Shown in pieces: positions 11,593 to 24,010 of a stretch of DNA of 53,099 nt (its first letter is position 1; every line of letters begins with the position of its first letter). Source of the DNA: Octopus bimaculoides (Eukaryota); assembly GCF_001194135.2 (NCBI RefSeq), contig NC_068984.1, positions 81,369,666-81,422,764 of the forward strand, given 5' to 3'. Position numbers and translations under genes: made by a program. The notes under the pieces are model-generated. The model worked only from the letters and a program-made list of their open reading frames with translations. It was not told where the DNA came from and ran no database searches.

Positions 11593-14199
11593 NNNNNNNN
11601 NNCTTGTCTTGGGATTAATGGTCAAACGGCTGGGTATAATAGCGTGACAAATTACACAGATGTGTAGAATTATCCAGTGGCGTTGGTGGGCTTTGTATCT
11701 TTTTCATGGCTCCCATGGTTGCCAAGATAATCTATAATAATACTCTTGTGTATATGAATGAGAAAAGAAGGAGTGATAGATGAATAAGGAAGGGGTGATG
11801 TCATACTTGGTAGTGGGATGATGAAAAATGCTGAAAAAAATAAATCAAACAGCATTTCAACTCTGTGTGAATGTGTTTGTGTGTGTAAACTTCACTTTTA
11901 TTTAAATCCCCAACCTGCACTGGCATACATAAATGTACATACTTATAATGAAGCTGATAAATCCATTCACCTTGCTGAAGAGCCAAGAAGAGAGCTAGAA
12001 ATAGCAGCCAGAGTTCTATTACATCATACCCAGTAATCTTAAAAAGGATATCTTCAATTTGAAAATAAAAAGTCAGACACACAATGTGTGACAAGATAGG
12101 ATGATCATAACATGAGCCTTTGATTATAATTATACTCAATCAGGGTTGACCTAAAGTGAAGTAACAGCAACAACATCTGCAGATTAGTGTGAACTCACAA
12201 ACTGTAAGATGTGAGAGTAGTGCAAAATCAGCATTGCCTAGTAATAAGTGTTGAATTTGAACTCCTCTCCTCTGAGTTTACTGTAAAAAAAAAAAATAGA
12301 GGGACTGTGGATTTAACAACCTGACATAGTCTAGATAAAGGTACATGAAAACCAGATCTTCGATAGTGTGCCACCACAACCCAATAGTTTAAAAGGTTTC
12401 TACCAACATAGTCAAATTTCTGGGAGTTAAGTAAGAGTACACAACTTTAAGATATAAAAGCTATGTAAATTTTTTTATAAAATCAAGACCATATATAATT
12501 GATATAGCATACATGTTATCCTCTCACCAGATGCCTCTCATAAAAAAAAAAAAAAATGAAAGATTTATGTTAAAATCTGATTTGTTAATTGCATTCATTT
12601 GAATTTATGCAGGAAACGCCATTGAAATGTGTGTGTGTGTGTGTGTGATTATTCAGTTTTATCAAGATTTCTTGCCAATAGAGAAAGGGCAGATTTCTAA
12701 CCTAGATCCAAGGCTCCTTCATTGGAATTTCAACATCAACAGGGTATTTTTGTATGCTTTGTTTTATATATGTCTTCTCGTGCATATACTTGCATATCTA
12801 GACATGCTCATATATACGTAAATGATAAAACTTCTGGAAAGTTTTACAGACTTTTACAGGATCTATAATGCATGTATGTATGGAAGTACATACGTACGTA
12901 CGTATGTTTGTTCCCTCTCTCTCTCTCAGACACACATATGCACGAATGCCTGTGAATATTTGCACGCACATGCATGTAAATATCTACACATACATAGACA
13001 GACAAGTACATAACATATGTTTATAGATATAGGTATACTCTGTCGCCCTCTTACACACATACATTCTTCAAGACAGACCAAATCAAAACCCCCTTCAGTA
13101 AGCCAGCAAAACAAACCCCCTAGCTAGAAATGAGCTAATTTCTCGAAAAGAGCACATGTACATCTGAACTTAATGGCAACTAGAGCAAAGAACAGCACCC
13201 CACTTATATTTAAATTTACACCAACCCGTTGTAGACTTGTTGACGGCACTTGCTTTTCTGGCATTACAGGAAAGCTCTCAGAATGAGATTCTCGAAACTA
13301 AACTTGCTTTTGCTAAGAATGCATGTATGACATCCTAAAAAGAACAGAAACATCGTATAAAAGAATAAACTTTGGTAGCAGTTGAACATACACACAAATT
13401 GGTTATTACTATATTCTGTATATTTATATTCCCTAAATAGTTTGTAATAAATAAATGAATAAGCTAATTATTTAGTTATATGATTAGAATTAATATAAAT
13501 TAATCCTACGTAACTATAATTCAAAATAAATGTTTAAGTAGTGAGAATTATCAATTCTGTTGTGTAAACCCAACACGAGAAATAGAACTCTTACTGTCAA
13601 ATGACTTTAAAATATTTCACACGCGCATGTTCATCACTCACATATGAAGATATATTACATATACAAACACACACATGCATGTGTGTGTGTGTGTATAAAT
13701 GATGAAAATCTACAATAACACAATAAAAGGCATACATTGGGGGAACTCCGTTGTGCAATACATTGGGTCATTTTTCATTGTTTTTTTTTATATCGTAGTC
13801 TTTTGAAATCGATAAATAATCAGTAGAAAAAATTCAGGAGTTGATATAAAATAGGAATGACGATTGACTAATACAACCCTGGAAACGTCTGAACTGACTT
13901 TGGGTTAAAGAACAAGAAGGATTAATTCGTATTGTTTTTGAAATCTTGGGGTAACCGTTGAGACAAAACTGTCAATACATATATCATCTGCCGTTTAGCT
14001 CGGGGTCAGATCTCACTGAGCCGTTCTAAGATAATGATAACAACAAACTTCCATAACGACTGTTCGTCCTCACGAGGACGGAGTTCAAATTCAAATTAAC
14101 ACTGCGTTCTGTTTTGCAGATGACAGGAATGTCATTTGAAGCAGAATTGGCTGTTATTTATTAGCAGGTTATTATGATTGTTGTTTCACACCGGAGCCA

Positions 14200-14370
14200 G
14201 AACTTTTTCAGGTACGTCCCAGTCATGATCGTTCATCCAATCTTTTTGCGAGCACCGCGTATCTAGGCATAATATTAACCAATGCGTTTCTCCCTTTTCA
14301 AGTCGGCAGTGTATAGTTTGAGGGAATTTGGCTACTGTTTCTAGCAGGCTGAGTAGACGCTCCCTCAGAT
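14200..14370 (+). repeat. Dispersed repeat of unknown class (...ccagccgtgaccatccc... / ...gctatttctagcagg... family)
   Basis: Homologous pieces recur at about 25285-25370, 25720-25780, 28090-28170 (reverse), 40170-40200, 41150-41180, 45545-45700 (reverse) and 47810-47990. Confidence 0.55.
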
Positions 14371-15186
14371 CAGTTAATCCTGAACGGCCCACTGCAACAA
14401 TTAATGTTGACTCACTCACTAATCGTCAAAATACCACGGGATACTCGAAAATAGCAAACGCCAACATTTCCTTTATTTTAACCTCCGCATATATTACTCG
14501 GAGGTAGGGGTGAACGTAATAAATAGCCAAACGACTGACTGGCAGAATCGTTTTAGAGCGTCGAACAAAAATGATATTTAGTTTCTTCCGCGTTCAAATC
14601 CACCGGTGTCGATGAAGCGTAGTACCAGGTAAAATGCTTCCTATAATGCGCATCCCAGATGTGAATTGATTTTGAAAGAGATGGACGCGAATAGCATAAC
14701 TGAAAAATAAACCCTCCATCACCACCTACCGAGTGATGAAGGACTAGAATTCATACATTCTTGACATGTTATGAGCAAGTACCAGAGGGATATCTTCTTA
14801 CAATAGAGCTAATGAACTTAAAGTGGTAACCTTTACGCATTCGTTGGACCTCTCAAATCACTTCGTACAGAAACGACATTGTTAGGCAGAATACAAAAGC
14901 AGTATAGATCCAAAGAAAACAAAAAATTTGATTCCCATCCTCCTAAAAAAAGAGAGTTGATTAAAGAGCCTCTCTTTCGTGTAAGGTGGTAGAATCGGTG
15001 TGTTGAAGCAGGTGCCGCCTCGATTACGGTAGTTTTCTGCCTGGTACGAAACTGGTTCCCTATATCTACATCAAGAAATAAACAGCTAAATCTCACGAAA
15101 AGCGCGCGCACATTAAAAAAAGTAAATAAGACTTCGGTACAAAAAAATAAATAAATAAAATAAAAGCTTTAGGTCACAAACCTGCT

Positions 15187-15796
15187 GGCATATCTACACA
15201 ATTGTACCCCCACCCCGATCTTGTTTCCTCATAACTTTCAGAAAAATGAATAGTTTTTAATGAAATTTTTTACGTATACACTTCAGATGGTGCACATTCC
15301 AGTTATATCGGAATTTGTGAAAAAAATATTTTCCGTGGGTGTAGAGAAGAATTTCTGAAAATTCATAAGTGTCGGCTTTATTTCCTCATAACTTTCAGAA
15401 AAACCGATTTTTGTTAGTGAAACTTTTTACAAATACCTTTAAGATGATATAGATTACAATTATACTGGCATTTAATACGAAAAAGAAAATTGGTGAATTC
15501 GCACACAAACACACATCACATATCAACAAAATGAAACTTGAAACTTAGAAAAAAAAATTGTATGTTGGAATGCGTGCTTACCATTTTTTTCTATTTACAA
15601 AGCCGAATCATGCAAATTTTCTGTAACTTTTCTCTCCATCCCCCGGTAAAAAAATTTTTTTCACAACAAATTCCTATAAAAACGGGATCTAAACCATCTG
15701 AAGTGTATTTGTAGCAAATTTCATAGAAAAATATCCATTTTTCTGGAAATTATGAGGAGACAAAATTGGGTGGGGTACACATTTTTGTAGGTATGT
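15187..15796. mobile_element. Long-TIR fold-back element
   Basis: About 190-bp imperfect arms: 15187-15378 (gtacccccaccc...cctcataactttcagaaaaatg...tacacttcagatgg) match the reverse complement of about 15600-15796. An internal direct copy of the cctcataactttcagaaaaa motif lies at about 15381-15450. Confidence 0.7.
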
Positions 15797-15950
15797 TAAT
15801 CTACTTAAACAGCAACCAACAGTGAAAGCGTGACCAATTGAGCTCATAGAATACAACGAAAGAACTCCGTATGATTGTCGATTAGCCCCTAGATCAAACC
15901 CGATAAAATGGACCTTTTGGATCGAAAACATTCAAACCGTTACAATGCCC

Positions 15951-16161
15951 AGATCTTTTTTAAAACGGGGGCCACATTTTTCATTAATGTTTTACGTAGT
16001 GTTTTTGGTACCGAAAGACTTTCAAACTTCGTATACTTATCTATTTTGTGTTATAGAACAGAAAAATATTTTTGTATTCGAATTTATTTCATGTAAAAAA
16101 ATTGTCTTATTTCGATAATTTCAACCAATCACTGACAAGTATTCAGTTGTTTACATTTACT
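15951..16161 (+). mobile_element. Merlin-like MITE, left part truncated by a gap
   Basis: Degenerate TIR agatcttttttaaaacgggggcc, followed by about 200 bp nearly identical to the reverse complement of 36945-37151. Confidence 0.75.
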
Positions 16162-16504
16162 NNNNNNNNNNNNNNNNNNNNNNNNNNNNNNNNNNNNNNN
16201 NNNNNNNNNNNNNNNNNNNNNNNNNNNNNNNNNNNNNNNNNNNNNNNNNNNNNNNNNNNNNNAAAAAAAAAAAAAAAAAAATTGAATACATTCATAAAAT
16301 TTTTAAACAAATGGACTTAACCATTGACGTTCCAAGCATTGTGTTTCTTCGGATTATGAGCGTAGAATGGAAAGGAAAGAAGAGAGGAAGGACGACAAGT
16401 CTAAGAAAGAAAGAACAATCAAAGCGAAAATGGCTGCGTGAAGGTTGGCCAACCTGATGGCTGTAGGTACGTATAAGTGTGTGTGTGTGTGTATACATTT
16501 CATT

Positions 16505-16640
16505 TACTTGTTACAGTCATTAGACTGCGGCCATGCTGAGTACCACCTTGAAGAATTTTTAGTCGAATGAATCGACCCCCACTACTTATTCTATCTGTCT
16601 CTGTTGCCGGGTCGCCAGGTGGGAAGACAAACAGACACAA
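16505..16640 (-). mobile_element. SINE family A, 3' part
   Basis: tacttgttacagtcattagactgcggccatgctg...gaatttttagtcgaatgaatcgacccc. Confidence 0.8.
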
Positions 16641-17194
16641 AGACACACACATATTCATATACACGCATACATACATACATACATATCCGTGCAGAATCGC
16701 TACAGCATATTTTTAGAAAGCTAGTATGTAGCATTTAAGTAACTAACCCCGAATGGGAAGATCTGCAAACAGATCTTTGACTTATTTTGGAGAATTTGGT
16801 GCAATTGTTTCCTCCAGAGTCATATCCCAATGATGATCATATTCGTCACAAAAAAACAAAAAAAAATCGTGTAGAAAACAATTGCAGTAATGAAAACATA
16901 GAAATCCAAAATTTCAGGATTGCAGGTCCGGATTCGGCCCGGAATGTTTTTAATTTACTTACGGTGTTAGCCTTTAGATTAGAAAAATTGTTATCGTACA
17001 AAAGAAATTTGTGGGAAAAAGTCACGTANNNNNNNNNNNNNNNNNNNNNNNNNNNNNNNNNNNNNNNNNNNNNNNNNNNNNNNNNNNNNNNNNNNNNNNN
17101 NNNNNNNNNNNNNNNNNNNNNNNNNTGATGTTTGCATGTATTATATTAGATATGTTTAATTTTGGGGAAATTTTATTTCAATTAAAGTGTATTT

Positions 17195-17231
<37 letters not shown>

Positions 17232-17369
17232 TAAAGAAAGCAAAAAAATAAAACAAAAATGATAGTAAGTTGGCGACAGGAATTTCTGTCAAAGAGACAT
17301 GGTTAAACAAACTCGTGCATCAATCTTTCTCTCCCTTTTATTATTACTCCCACTGCCACCACCAACACT

Positions 17370-17690
17370 GTTGACGTCGAGGGTTCCAGTTGATCCGATC
17401 AACGGAACAGCCTGCTCGCGAAATTAAGGTGCAAGTGGCTGAGCATTCCACAGACACGTGTACCCTTAACGTAGTTAAGGCTGACCCTTTGAATTACAGG
17501 CACAACAGAAACAGGAAGAAAGAGTGAGAGAAAGTTGTGGTGGAAGAGTACAGCAGGGTTCGCCACCATCCCCTGCCGGAACCTCGTAGAGCTTTAGGTG
17601 TTTTCGCTCAATAAACACTCACAACGCCTGGTCTGGGAATCGAAACCGAGAGTCCGCTGCCCTAACCACTGGGCCATTGCCGCTGCCCTA
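17370..17690 (-). mobile_element. tRNA-derived SINE, family C, with internal deletions
   Basis: Colinear with 35978-36362 but lacks about 33 bp after cttaacgtagtt and part of the head. A-box tggcccagtgg and B-box gtttcgattccc are on the minus strand. Confidence 0.85.
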
Positions 17691-18881
17691 ACCACCTGGC
17701 TGAGCCATAAAACAATATTTGATTTAGTATTACCATATTTAGATTTAATGTATGGAGCATTTAACGTAATTAATGAAGGCTAACAAGCAATATTTATGCA
17801 AGAGAAAAAAAATAAGGTCAATGATTTATTTTAATAACTTCGGCAAGTACGAGAGATAACTCCGGACATGTTCTGGCATTATTATGAACTCAACAGCGAA
17901 GCACTGATTCCCCTCGTACTTCCTGTATTTGTGATGGGAGAATCCCCAAGTAAATGTCGCAGAATAATTGGTTGATGTGGAATACTAGAAATGTTTAAAA
18001 TGACTCGCTCATGCTCGCTTTTCACAGTAAAGACAGACATACGTATAATTGGTTCGCATGAGGAAGAAGAAAAGTATAACTGAACCGTGACTTCAGGATA
18101 CATGCATATCGGACTGACTGCGTAGTACTGAGCGAAAACGACTCCTTCAAGTGACTATTTTTAAGTAGTTTATTTATTTATTGTGTGTGTGTGTGTGCAT
18201 TACTGAGCGTTTAAAACGAAACAAGATGAATTAAAACTAAACAGCGCAGCTCGAAATGCGGTTTATACAGTCTCTTACTCTCCCGAGCTTTACCGAGAAC
18301 TTAAATAGGGGAGGGGGACTGGTTCACGTAACCTCAAGATGCTCACACACCAGTGGCCTGTTGTGTTACATGTCTAGGTACCTACCAGCTCTTCTCCATA
18401 TCTTTTATGCCTTAACCACAGAACCAATCATCTGCTATTCAACCCCAAACTGGGGCCTTTGACAAATACTACCACCACGAGTCTGAGCGGACCTGAAAAT
18501 TACTAAGAGTAACTCCATACTCCCCAAAACTGAACTCCCGAGCTAGAACCTCACCACCAGATGCAAGCTAGTGTCTCTTGCCAGGAAATTACATAGTATC
18601 AGGACAGCTTTAACGTAATGAATCTAAACTAGAACATTTTCTTAAATATGAAGAAAAAAAAAACATTGCCATTGTTTAGTTCCAAATTCAGAACTAATCG
18701 AGCCCACGGTGAAATACATTCCTTGCAGTTGTGACCATCTTAACTTATTTCCTCTGAGACACACATTCAATCAATGTGCCCTAACTCCCTTGAAAAGGCC
18801 AAGTGTGACATCATGGAAATTTGCCTGTTATTCTTAGCAGATCGAGTGACGTGTAGATGCTCCACCATTAGTTGTCTATAC

Positions 18882-19035
18882 CAGTGCTCCGCAACCTTTT
18901 TTACTTGTGTTCTTTTCAAAATTCGGCGGCACACAAATATAGGGGGGGGGGATTATATTCAGGTTACACTGCAGCACATCTAGCATCCTCCTGTGGCACA
19001 CCAGTGTGCCGCGGCATACTGGTTGCGGAGCATTG
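18882..19035. mobile_element. hAT MITE 1
   Basis: TIRs cagtgctccgcaacc and ggttgcggagcattg (14/15). Flanked by gtctatac (18874-18881) and gtctagac (19036-19043). Confidence 0.88.
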
Positions 19036-19043
19036 GTCTAGAC

Positions 19044-19324
19044 CAGGGGTTTTCAAACTTTTTGACTTGCGGACCCCTTTATATTTCAGGCTTTACCTTA
19101 TAAACGCTTATGAAATTTATACATAAATATTTGCTTAAAATAACATATATTTTTACATTTATTTAACAGTATTTAACAAATAGGCTTATTGTCAATTAAA
19201 AGATTTCGTTTAAGAAACATATATAAAATCAAATTGCCCATAAAAAGTATTTGTTGTCCACGGACCCCCTGTCTTGTCCTTGCGGACCCCCTGTGGTCCG
19301 CGGACAACAGTTTGAAAACCCCTG
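19044..19324. mobile_element. hAT MITE 2
   Basis: Perfect 16-bp TIRs caggggttttcaaact and agtttgaaaacccctg. Perfect TSD gtctagac at 19036-19043 and 19325-19332. Subterminal gcggaccccct repeats. Confidence 0.92.
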
Positions 19325-19535
19325 GTCTAGACGAAGTAACATTCTCATACATAAAAATAAAAGATAACAAAGCAGAGCTATCGAGAGAACCTCTTCTCCA
19401 GGAATAAGGGATCTCTACAGATGGGTTAAAAAATCTGAAGCTACGCAGAGCTGAAGATTCTAAAATCTAATGGAAAAATAAACAGTAAAAAAAAAAAATA
19501 ATAACAATAAAAACGTTTTAACCTTTCATCTAACC

Positions 19536-19776
19536 CAGCGGTTCTCAACCAGGGTCTATGTGATCCTTATGGGTCCACATAAGATTTTGTTGCTAAACTA
19601 TATCAGCAATAGACTGGTTACATCAAATATTTTAACAATTTTTGAAATACAATTCCTAATGATATTCAATTTTACAAATATAAAAGGATTTTTGAAAGAT
19701 CAAACGGTTAGGAGGATCCATCTGAGTAAAATAGCAATCAAATGATTGAGAAGCAACAAATGATTGAGAATCACTG
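19536..19776. mobile_element. hAT MITE 3
   Basis: TIRs cagcggttctcaacc and gattgagaatcactg. TSD atctaacc/atccaaac (6/8). Confidence 0.72.
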
Positions 19777-20254
19777 ATCCAAACCATTGCGGTAATTTAT
19801 GGGAATTTATTTGTGAAATTAAGAATTCATTATTTTTCTCAGTACAGAGGCTCATCACCCCTCCCGTTCTTACACACACAAATGTTCTTATCACAGCTCT
19901 GTAGACAATCACTTGACACACTAGATGTCCTTCAGATCACGATCCACCGTCTTTAGAAAGGAATCACACAGGATGAATGCATTCAACAGCATAGAAGAAG
20001 AAGCAGAAGAAGAAGAAGAAGAAGAAGAAGGGGAGGGGAAGGTGATGACATGATTTAAGTAGTGACTTTAACCCGAGACCCGCTCTAACAGTTTTTCTTA
20101 AACAGCTACTGTATCTTCGATGCTATTGCTCCTTCTCGATCATGGTTGATAATCCACGATTAAACAAAGATCAGCTACATTTCCAAGAAGACTAAAATGC
20201 TACCTACGATGAAATGCAAAAGATTCTCCCTTAGAAAAAGTCACTAAACATTTC

Positions 20255-20498
20255 CTTTAAACTTTTGTTTCAGTCATTAGACTGCGGTCATGCTGGCACA
20301 CCTTTTTAAAGAATTTTAGTCGAACGAATCAACCAAGGTACTTCATTCTATAGGTTGTCTTTTGCCGAACCGCTACGTTACGGGAACATAAAGTCACCAA
20401 CACCGGTTGTCAAGCAGTGGTGGGGGAGGAAGACAAATATACACACGGACTTCTTTCAGTTTCCGTCTCCCAAATCTACTCACAAGGTTTTGTCGGTC
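20255..20498 (-). mobile_element. SINE family A, interrupted
   Basis: Tail and body as in other family A copies. It breaks off at cacaaggttttgtcggtcag, directly against Merlin-like MITE sequence. Confidence 0.8.
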
Positions 20499-21088
20499 AG
20501 AAAAAAATTTTTGTATTCGAATTAATTTCATGTAAAAAATTGTCTTATTTCGATAATTTCAACCAATCACTGACAAGTATTCAGCTGTTTACAGTTACTC
20601 CTTTGGCAGTTTAAGCGGTGTNNNNNNNNNNNNNNNNNNNNNNNNNNNNNNNNNNNNNNNNNNNNNNNNNNNNNNNNNNNNNNNNNNNNNNNNNNNNNNN
20701 NNNNNNNNNNGTGTTCGTTTTCCCTAACCGACTTGCTCCTTCCCTAAAAAACCAGGCCTTGTGCTTATAATAGAAAGGTTTATTAGCTACTGCCAATATG
20801 CTTCAGCCATTTTTTGACAAGGAAATAATAATTTTATCACCGCTAGAATCGTTTGAGAATCGTTTGTTTACGTAGTCAGCACTTAATGTATTCGGCTGAA
20901 TGGACGTCAGTCATTGGTTGAAATTACAGAAATACGACAACTTTAACATGAAATAACTTGCGATGTACGTTTTTTTGTTAAGAAGACTAAGAGAAAAAGA
21001 TGTTTTATATGACACATTCTACCAGTGTCCCAAGTTTCAAAGTGTTTCGTTAAGAAAATACTGGTGTCCCCGATTTGAACTAGATTCC
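20499..21088 (+). mobile_element. Merlin-like MITE, left-truncated copy
   Basis: Internal sequence matches 15951-16161 and 36456-37151. Right TIR actggtgtccccgatttgaactagattcc at about 21060-21088. Confidence 0.8.
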
Positions 21089-23135
21089 TTTCTAAATCTA
21101 TCACAACAGTATCAAATTCAGTTCAAATGCACCTATATACATGCACGTGGGTGTGTTATTCAATTATTAAGTTGTATGATAGTGCAGACACACACATACG
21201 CATATGTTAATATAAAACATCTATTAACATATGCTTAGCTGTCTAACTTCTTTATTAGTCATGTTTAACTACTGAAATAATTGAAGTAGAGATTTTATTA
21301 AATCAAGCTGAAAAGATTAATTCTTAAATATGTTTTAAATTAATTTATTTTCTTATATAAACATATATAGAGGGGGGGATTCACATACACATACGGAAAA
21401 GGATTTCACGCTGTAGAGAAAATAAAATTTCTGCAATATCATATTATCCATTATCAGCTGTAATATTTGATTTTCAATAAGTATAATATACTATCCCGAC
21501 CAATGATATCTATAGCTTGCAACATGGCTACAACATTCCATATGTATTATATNNNNNNNNNNNNNNNNNNNNNNNNNNNNNNNNNNNNNNNNNNNNNNNN
21601 NNNNNNNNNNNNNNNNNNNNNNNNNNNNNNNNNNNNNNNNNNNNNNNNNNNNNNNNNNNNNNNNNNNNNNNNNNNNNNNNNNNNNNNNNNNNNNNNNNNN
21701 NNNNNNNNNNNNNNNNNNNNNNNNNNNNNNNNNNNNNNNNNNNNNNNNNNNNNNNNNNNNNNNNNNNNNNNNNNNNNNNNNNNNNNNNNATATATATCCC
21801 GCCATCTTAACAAGGTCAAAGGTCCGTCGATAGGGCTTATAAGCCCACATAGCTACTATATAACAGGAAGAGGGTGGCAGAATAGTATGAGAACTGTAAG
21901 CTATACTTACCTACACCATATGTATGAACATATATATACATAAACGCACACACACATATAAGAATAGAGATTAACGGGTAGCAGAGCTAAATATACAACA
22001 ACTAATAGTACAAATATCTGGAAAACGAATAAAAATTTGACAGTTATTTTTAAGGGTAGAGGAAGGAAAAATAGGTCTCCCTTGTCAATCACCACTTAAA
22101 CATATAAAATATATCGCTAATGCATATATATATATATATATATATATCACTTTACATTACTATGGATTTTATTTATTTTCAGGAACATGATGTAAGAAAT
22201 AGTGAACTACTGTACTTTATACGATCAATCGAAGTGAAGGGAAGGAGACAAGTTTTGTGCTGGTCATACATTTCTTAAATCTATTAAGTACAACCACAAA
22301 CACACACAAGGAATATAAAGCATAACAAGAATCTATAGGTCGAAGGTTCGTTTATGTGAACTCGGCGGCATATGGCACTACCACACACACATACACGGTG
22401 TGCGTGCGTGCGTGTTAGCGAAGGAGAGACTGTATGGGGAGTAACACAGATCTCACGATTAAAATGATATAATTAAATCCTTTAATCCGATTATTTTATG
22501 TTATCATTTTGAAAGTCATTTTTGCTTGTCGCTTGTGTAGGGAGATCACGTTTTAAATATTTACTTCGAAAGAAAAAAAAAATAAGTACTCCTGTTCATA
22601 CATAATCTTAAAGGGAGCCAAATTTTGGCTTACACTTGACTTTACAAAATCGGCCCAATTAAATAATGGCTATCTATTGCCTAAAAAATAAACCAAAGCT
22701 ATTCTTTTTACTATAATTACGAGGTGCATTGTGGAGTTAGTTTCCGGACGACGAACGCGGCCTACCTGAATTGTCATTTTAGAATAGAGACAACCATTTG
22801 GGAAAGGCATGCACGACTCCAACTCCTTCCACGTACAGACATATTGCACCATTGACATAAAAAATATTTAACTGAGTTCAATATCAGACAGAGGAAGAAA
22901 TACATTTACTACCTCTCACTTTCTCTGTAGCTTGTATATAAAATTAATGTGTGTATATTTATATGATGAAAATGTATGTATGTATGTATACACACACACA
23001 AGTATGCACGTATGAAGCTTGTATGACAAACACATAGACAATAAATTTAAATAAACAGATAACCATGGGTTATAACATATAAAATATATATTGCATGCAT
23101 AGGTATATATACACACACACACATATACATATATA

Positions 23136-23240
<105 letters not shown>

Positions 23241-23679
23241 ATGATTTATTACTCCCCCCCCCATATATATATATATATATATACAAACATGTATGCAATT
23301 ACAAATTCATTAACTGGAAGTAATAAAGCTCGCTTATAACGAGCTTCATTTTCAATTAATGAATATGTAACTAAAATTCGAGATATTCAGAGAGAACTTA
23401 CTGTATGAGTGTTTATAATAAATTTTGAGCATAAAAAATCTATTTAATAAGGTCCTCGATAAAATAAATTGCATTGTGTCATTTAAGTGAAATAACAACA
23501 CTATCATCAATAATAATGAATAATAAAACGAATCCCCCACTGTTGAATTAATCCATAACTAATATACATGGCATCAAATGATAAAATAGTCATAAGATAA
23601 TTGCATTTCGTTATATACACATGATTGTCCAATAAGCTTCGCGAATGACTTAACACAGACGTAACATTACAAACACACG

Positions 23680-24010
23680 TTATGATTCAGTCTTTGGACG
23701 GCAGCCATACTGGAGCATCATCTTGAAGGGTTTTAGTCGAAGAAATCGACACCCAATTTATATTATTTTTTTCTTTTCAATGTTCAATACCTTATTCTAT
23801 TGATCCCTTTTGCCCAACTGCCAAATTACGGGGACGTAAACAAACCAGCACCGAATGTCAAGCGATTGTAGTGAGACACACACAAGACGAGCTTCTTCCA
23901 GGTTTGACCACCAACGGCGCTAAAGTAGAAGACACTTATCTAAGGTCCTACACAGTGGGACTGAACACAAAACCAGGTTGGGAAGCAAATTTCTTACCAT
24001 ACAGCTTAGC
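23680..24010 (-). mobile_element. SINE family A
   Basis: cagtctttggacggcagccatactggagc...ttttagtcgaagaaatcgac...aagtagaagacacttatctaagg...cagtgggactgaac. Confidence 0.78.

Noticed and set aside
17826-17984. Minus-strand open frame YSTSTNY...FIIMPEHVRSYL resembling the HUH motif region of Y1/RAYT transposases
   Set aside because: Only one His of the HUH motif, no downstream catalytic Tyr context, 52 codons, no support. Probably chance.
21798-21846. YY1-like ccgccatctt, DR1-like AGGTCA-A-AGGTCC and the 14-bp palindrome gggcttataagccc
   Set aside because: Short motifs directly beside a gap and (TA)n, probably a repeat terminus. Not supportable as a regulatory element without data.
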